From NCBI GenBank assembly GCA_050950825.1, contig JBMNIH010000002.1, positions 96,001 through 160,000 of the forward strand: a stretch of 64,000 bases of DNA. The letters run 5' to 3'. Shown here piece by piece: positions 59,648 to 64,000 of this stretch. How positions within the stretch are numbered: the first letter of the stretch is position 1; the number at the start of each line of letters is the position of its first letter. The position numbers were made by a program, and so were the translations under genes. The notes beneath the pieces were generated by a model. The model was not told where the DNA came from and made no database searches. It saw nothing but the letters and a program-made list of their open reading frames with translations. The stretch is from Clostridia bacterium. Its GTDB lineage: Bacteria; Bacillota; Clostridia; JAAYHZ01.

Positions 59648-60676
59648 TTGAAAGATAGAAGAAGAAATTTTACGAAAACGGCACATGAAGAGAGCTATTG
59701 GCCTTCATTTGCCGACGTCATGTCCACTTTTTCGCTGGTTATGCTGTTTTTAGTGGTTATGGTGTTCCTGAAAAACATATCCATATCCATCAATTTAAAA
59801 GGAGAGCAGCAGAAGCTAATCGATACGAGACATGCACTTCAAGAACGTGAGGCCGAACTGACGGAAAAACAAAATCTGTTAATCCAATTGGAATCCCTTT
59901 TAAACGCCAAGGAAGAAGCCTTGATCATATTAGGTCAAGAACTGAACGCCCTAGAGCAAGAATTGGAAACCAGCAAAGAGGAACTGAAATCCATTAATGA
60001 AGAGAAAAAGAATGCCGAAGAGTTGCTGGTAATCCTGATACAAAGCTTGGAAGAAAAACAACGGATTATCGCGGTTAACGACGAAGAATTGAAGCTTCTA
60101 AGAGGGAAATTGGAAGAAATCTCCGTTATGAGAGCGGAATTGTTCGCTTCGGTTAAAGAAACCGTTGAAGCCCAATTGGGTACTACCAACGAGCAAGGTC
60201 TTCCCCTTGTCGAAATCGGCGATAACGCCAACATCATCATAAACGAAGCCGTATTATTCGATACCGCCCAGTGGACCATCAAGCCCGAAGGGAAGAAACT
60301 TTTGGATGAATTTGCCATTGCCTTTGAAAACATCCTGAAAAATCCGGGAATGAGAGATATCATTGACTCCATAACCGTAGAGGGCCATGCGGACAAAACC
60401 GGGGACGAATTTTCGAATATGACACTGTCGCTGAACAGAGCCAATGCGGTAATTCGCTATATGTTCGAGTCCAATCCCAACCTGTTGTTGAATTACAACA
60501 ATTACTTCGCAGCCGCCGGATATTCGGAATTCAGACCCATAGATCCCGGCGACTCGGCTCAAGCGTTAGCGAAAAACCGGCGTATCGAATTCGCCATCAA
60601 GATTAAAGACTCCACCATCCAAAAGGTTATCAACGACTATTTGGAAGAAACGGAAGGAATAACGGATACCGATTAA
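59648..60676 (+). CDS. MotB/OmpA-family protein with coiled-coil linker (ZorB-like)
   Basis: YWPSFADVMS (TM Asp), coiled coil, OmpA domain VLFD...VEGHAD...NMTLSLNRANAV...GYSEFRP...NRRIEF. Confidence 0.85.
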   Translation: MKDRRRNFTKTAHEESYWPSFADVMSTFSLVMLFLVVMVFLKNISISINLKGEQQKLIDTRHALQEREAELTEKQNLLIQLESLLNAKEEALIILGQELNALEQELETSKEELKSINEEKKNAEELLVILIQSLEEKQRIIAVNDEELKLLRGKLEEISVMRAELFASVKETVEAQLGTTNEQGLPLVEIGDNANIIINEAVLFDTAQWTIKPEGKKLLDEFAIAFENILKNPGMRDIIDSITVEGHADKTGDEFSNMTLSLNRANAVIRYMFESNPNLLLNYNNYFAAAGYSEFRPIDPGDSAQALAKNRRIEFAIKIKDSTIQKVINDYLEETEGITDTD

Positions 60677-60696
60677 TAAAGAGAGGACAACGATTC

Positions 60697-61671
60697 ATGG
60701 ACCCTTCTGTGATAGAAATAAGGAAAATCAAATACGGCGACTATGTCGACAAGCATCCGAACAAACCCTACGGTTATTATGCTTTAGGCGAGTTGGAGCT
60801 CATATGCAAGTCTTACGATAAAGCCATGACCTATTTTGCCAAGGCACTGCACTTAAACCCGCAATACAAACGGGCAAACATCGGATACATCATTTGCTTA
60901 ATACAGCAGCAAAAATATATGCAGGCCGTACGGCATTTTCGAAAACGTTGCCGGGACATTGAAGATAAAACGGTTCTGATGAAAGACTTGGTCCATGCCA
61001 TATGCTCGGATTATCCTTTATCGAATCCCGATATTCGTATTCCCGTCGAATGCAAAGCGCCGGACCTGAAGGGAAAGATTTACCGCATCCTTTGGAGCTA
61101 TAAAATAAGCGGAAATATCGTTGCAGGCGTTTTGTTGGCCTTGCATTTTATGAATAAACCGAATAATAAGCTATTTGAAAATACAAAATATACCTTGTAT
61201 ACGGATATGGTCGCTTTACCCGGTATTGTAGAAAGCTTACGCTGGCACATGGTGAAGTTTTTGTCATTACGTATGCCGAAAATAAAGGAGCAACGATCCG
61301 TAGCTTCCCTGTTTTTTTACATTCCTTCTAACGACATGTCCCCGGAATATGCAAACATCGTTTTTTCGACGGCATTGAACGGCAAAAATCCGGAACGGAT
61401 CAATAGAATCCGAAAATCCATGGAGAACCGTTTGATTCCCGTTACCCAAGAAAATATGTGGCGTTATATATACTTTGCTCGGCAAGAATATCGTTACAAC
61501 GAGCAGGTTATGAAGGATTGCTTGTCCTTGATACGGTCGGGTTGGGTTGACCCCGTTATCGCCGAAGCCCTAAACGACATGATTCTGCTGAAAATGAAAG
61601 GTTACACGGAAAAGGATTTGGAAACCCTTCGTTTCTACGGGTTCGATATATCCGATTCAAGTTCCTTGTGA
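60697..61671 (+). CDS. Tetratricopeptide repeat protein
   Basis: YGYYALGELELICKSYDKAMTYFAKALHLNP TPR consensus; SD GAGG; 20 bp after the motB-like gene. Confidence 0.7.
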   Translation: MDPSVIEIRKIKYGDYVDKHPNKPYGYYALGELELICKSYDKAMTYFAKALHLNPQYKRANIGYIICLIQQQKYMQAVRHFRKRCRDIEDKTVLMKDLVHAICSDYPLSNPDIRIPVECKAPDLKGKIYRILWSYKISGNIVAGVLLALHFMNKPNNKLFENTKYTLYTDMVALPGIVESLRWHMVKFLSLRMPKIKEQRSVASLFFYIPSNDMSPEYANIVFSTALNGKNPERINRIRKSMENRLIPVTQENMWRYIYFARQEYRYNEQVMKDCLSLIRSGWVDPVIAEALNDMILLKMKGYTEKDLETLRFYGFDISDSSSL

Positions 61672-62115
61672 CGAGTCGTATAAATCGGCCAGAAAAACCG
61701 TATTAAGCAAATCCATTAAGAATCGGCAGTTCTCACCGGATCCTTTGAGAACAAGGTCCGTACCGTACCGAAAGGCGATGCGCACGTGAATTCGTGAGGA
61801 TGATTCGAAGGTTTGAAAATCGTGGTCGTGTTTCATAACCTGTACCGTCGCCACGTTATGATCCGTTTTATAGAAAACGTATTTTTCCTCGGCGGCAAAA
61901 TTTCTAACTTCGCATATTATTTTGCCGGAAATAAACACAATGTTTTCAAAGACTTTCGTTTGATCCGAACGCAAGAATTCGGAAACATAGACCTTCTGCG
62001 GCGTGAAACCGTTGAATTGAGCCAATCGGTTTTTTATTTGGTCGGCCTTTTGCTTCAGTTCCGTATCCAAACCGATCAAATCGAAATATTTCAAAGAAAT
62101 CATAGCGGTGTACAT
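61657..62115 (-). CDS. Hypothetical protein
   Basis: Open frame with SD AAGGAAGGA before ATG 62115; no recognised motif. Confidence 0.6.
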   Translation of the reverse strand: MYTAMISLKYFDLIGLDTELKQKADQIKNRLAQFNGFTPQKVYVSEFLRSDQTKVFENIVFISGKIICEVRNFAAEEKYVFYKTDHNVATVQVMKHDHDFQTFESSSRIHVRIAFRYGTDLVLKGSGENCRFLMDLLNTVFLADLYDSSQGT

Positions 62116-62199
62116 TCCTTCCTTTTTTCGGATCGTTATGTACACCGCTTGAATATTCCCATCTTATGCTTTCCGGATTTTCATTACGTTATGAATTTC

Positions 62200-63276
62200 T
62201 TACAAAATTTCTTTTAAGAAAGCCGGCTTGTACCCTCTTTCGGCAACCAATTTCACGGCATCCCATATTTTTTGCTCGTAATCCGGCTGGTATTGGATAT
62301 AGTGGGGATGATAGTATTGTTCATGAATCATCAGCTCAATAAACCTTGATGTATGAGGGTTACTTAGGGTTTTTTCCAAAGACGGTATGATGTCTTCTCT
62401 TTTGAAGGTATTGACCACCATATCGTTTTTAATGAAAGTCAGTCCGAACTCCGTATCGCGATAGATATCTCTTTGGTTGATGTGTTTTGTGTAATATTCG
62501 TCGAAATAATAGGATACCAAGGGCTTCCCGTCGACCATTTCAAAATATCCCACAAGGCCTTTAAAACCGAAATCCTTAAGGGCTTTACAGCCTTCCCTGT
62601 TCACCGCGCCCCAATGAATGGTGGTGTAGTCGCTTAACACTTCTTCACCGGCAAAACGTTTAATCTCGTCGGTAACCATTTGGCAGTGGGTGTATATCTT
62701 TTCATAGGTTGTGTTTTCGTAAGGCTTGTCCGGATCGTTGGCAAGAGCATGGAAGGTCAATGCGATCCAATCGGAATTGGCAATAAACTCGCCCTTGTAC
62801 TTTTCCGGCATCATGGAAAGGTTAAAGTCGGCTTCGTCTTGATAGTAAATATTAAAATGTACCTTGGTACCGAAAGCATCGTGTAATTTCTTAAAGAAAG
62901 CTAAAAACGGGTTATCGAACAAAGATTTATACACGGAAGCGTTTTTGGCAAGGTCTCTCAGCCACCAGATATTGTCATCCAACGAGAAACGGTATTTCAT
63001 ATCCGTATTTTTTGCCCAATAAAGCCGGATTTCGTCCAAAACCCGATTGTCTTTATCGGTAAGAACGATTTTGCTTTCATAGCCCGTAAGAACCGCTTCC
63101 CCTTCGTATACACCGTTTTCGGCTTTCATCGGCCGGCCGTTTAAAAACAATTCGGATCCCGACGGTGCTTGTACGGTAACCGGTATAAAAAGCGCATTGT
63201 CTTTTTCATAACCGTCTTCCTTATACATAAAGTCGCCGTTCCACGGTTTGATGATTTTAATGTTTTTCTCCTTCAT
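62200..63276 (-). CDS. Hypothetical protein, possible polysaccharide deacetylase (NodB/CE4-like) fold
   Basis: RFSLDD, LTFH and ELMIHEQY resemble CE4-like motifs; N-terminal beta-rich region. Confidence 0.55.
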   Translation of the reverse strand: MKEKNIKIIKPWNGDFMYKEDGYEKDNALFIPVTVQAPSGSELFLNGRPMKAENGVYEGEAVLTGYESKIVLTDKDNRVLDEIRLYWAKNTDMKYRFSLDDNIWWLRDLAKNASVYKSLFDNPFLAFFKKLHDAFGTKVHFNIYYQDEADFNLSMMPEKYKGEFIANSDWIALTFHALANDPDKPYENTTYEKIYTHCQMVTDEIKRFAGEEVLSDYTTIHWGAVNREGCKALKDFGFKGLVGYFEMVDGKPLVSYYFDEYYTKHINQRDIYRDTEFGLTFIKNDMVVNTFKREDIIPSLEKTLSNPHTSRFIELMIHEQYYHPHYIQYQPDYEQKIWDAVKLVAERGYKPAFLKEIL

Positions 63277-63311
63277 AGTTGCACTCCTTTATCATTCCAT
63301 TAATCGTTATA

Positions 63312-64000
63312 TTAAACATCGGCATCTAAGATTGCACCTAAGTCTCTTAATCTATTCTGAAGATCCGGTATGGATACCTCTCTTACGTCCTTCGTCCTTA
63401 GAGCCATGGATGCCGCAACGCCTGCCGCTTCCCCCGTAGCAAAGCCCGGTGCCATCCTGCGAACGGAAGAATGGGCGGATTGGTCGGTGGAAATACACCG
63501 TCCGGTTACGATCAAGTTGGAGATCTCCCGGGTTACCAAGGACCGGTAAGGTATGGAATAGCTCTTTTTCAACGTGTAATATACGGCTTGTCCGTCGTTT
63601 TGAGAATGAATATCTACGGGACAGGAAGCTCGGGCAATTCGGTCCTCAAAGTTTCGACCGGACAAAACATCTTCCCGGTTTAAAATATAGAGCCCTTTGA
63701 TTCTCCTCGTTTCCCGAACGCCGATTACGGGAGCCGTCTGTTCGATATAGGCATTTTCAAATCCGGGCAAAAGCTCCTTGAATACCTTTAAAATATCCCA
63801 TGCTTGCCGTCTGCACTGCAACGTGGCATTCGTTAAATCCGCCGCTTTGATACCGCTCATTCCGTAAACTTCCGTCATGTTAAAGTATGCGCTGCCTTTC
63901 CGAGGATGAGGGAAAATACATACGGTTCGGCAGCTGACGGCATGTTTATCATAGATCTCCTTCATTTTATCAACCGGCAGACATTTTTCAAAGTCAATCC
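63312..64000 (-). CDS. FAD-dependent oxidoreductase, partial (5' end beyond window)
   Basis: IGVRETRRIKG, VDIH, YSIPYRSLV, NLIVTGRCIS, TGEAAGVAA; frame stays open to the window edge. Confidence 0.85.
   Translation of the reverse strand, partial: IDFEKCLPVDKMKEIYDKHAVSCRTVCIFPHPRKGSAYFNMTEVYGMSGIKAADLTNATLQCRRQAWDILKVFKELLPGFENAYIEQTAPVIGVRETRRIKGLYILNREDVLSGRNFEDRIARASCPVDIHSQNDGQAVYYTLKKSYSIPYRSLVTREISNLIVTGRCISTDQSAHSSVRRMAPGFATGEAAGVAASMALRTKDVREVSIPDLQNRLRDLGAILDADV

Noticed and set aside
58258-60444. 228-aa and 169-aa antisense ORFs in the motA/motB-like genes
   Set aside because: Ser/Phe-rich mirror frames of Glu/Lys-rich coiled-coil coding sequence.
58052-60676. Ordinary flagellar stator motAB
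   Set aside because: The MotA-like protein has three TM segments and a ~320-aa tail, unlike ~260-aa four-TM stators, and there is no flagellar context.

Overview
A 64-kb chromosomal segment from an endospore-forming, Clostridia-like Firmicute. It is mostly housekeeping genes: addAB, obgE-rpmA-rplU, rnpB, two tRNAs, dgt-dnaG-sigA, spoVFAB, pnp-rpsO, citrate synthase, a three-subunit PntAB transhydrogenase and aspartate kinase. The left end is accessory: a GT4 glycosyltransferase with a sigmaK-type collagen-like spore protein, and a complete class IIC group II intron inserted just after a terminator, whose RT ORF carries two tandem duplications. The most unusual elements are four. (1) An MscS mechanosensitive channel fused in frame to a C-terminal ParB/Srx-like nucleotide-binding domain. 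(2) A ZorA/ZorB-like (MotA with long tail + MotB/OmpA) operon whose third gene is a TPR protein rather than a known Zorya effector. (3) An 8.4-kb cyclic beta-1,2-glucan synthase gene preceded by a consensus forespore sigmaF/sigmaG promoter. (4) An rplU-rpmA locus lacking both prp and the L27 pro-peptide typical of Firmicutes. All calls come from manual motif reading; no database searches were run.
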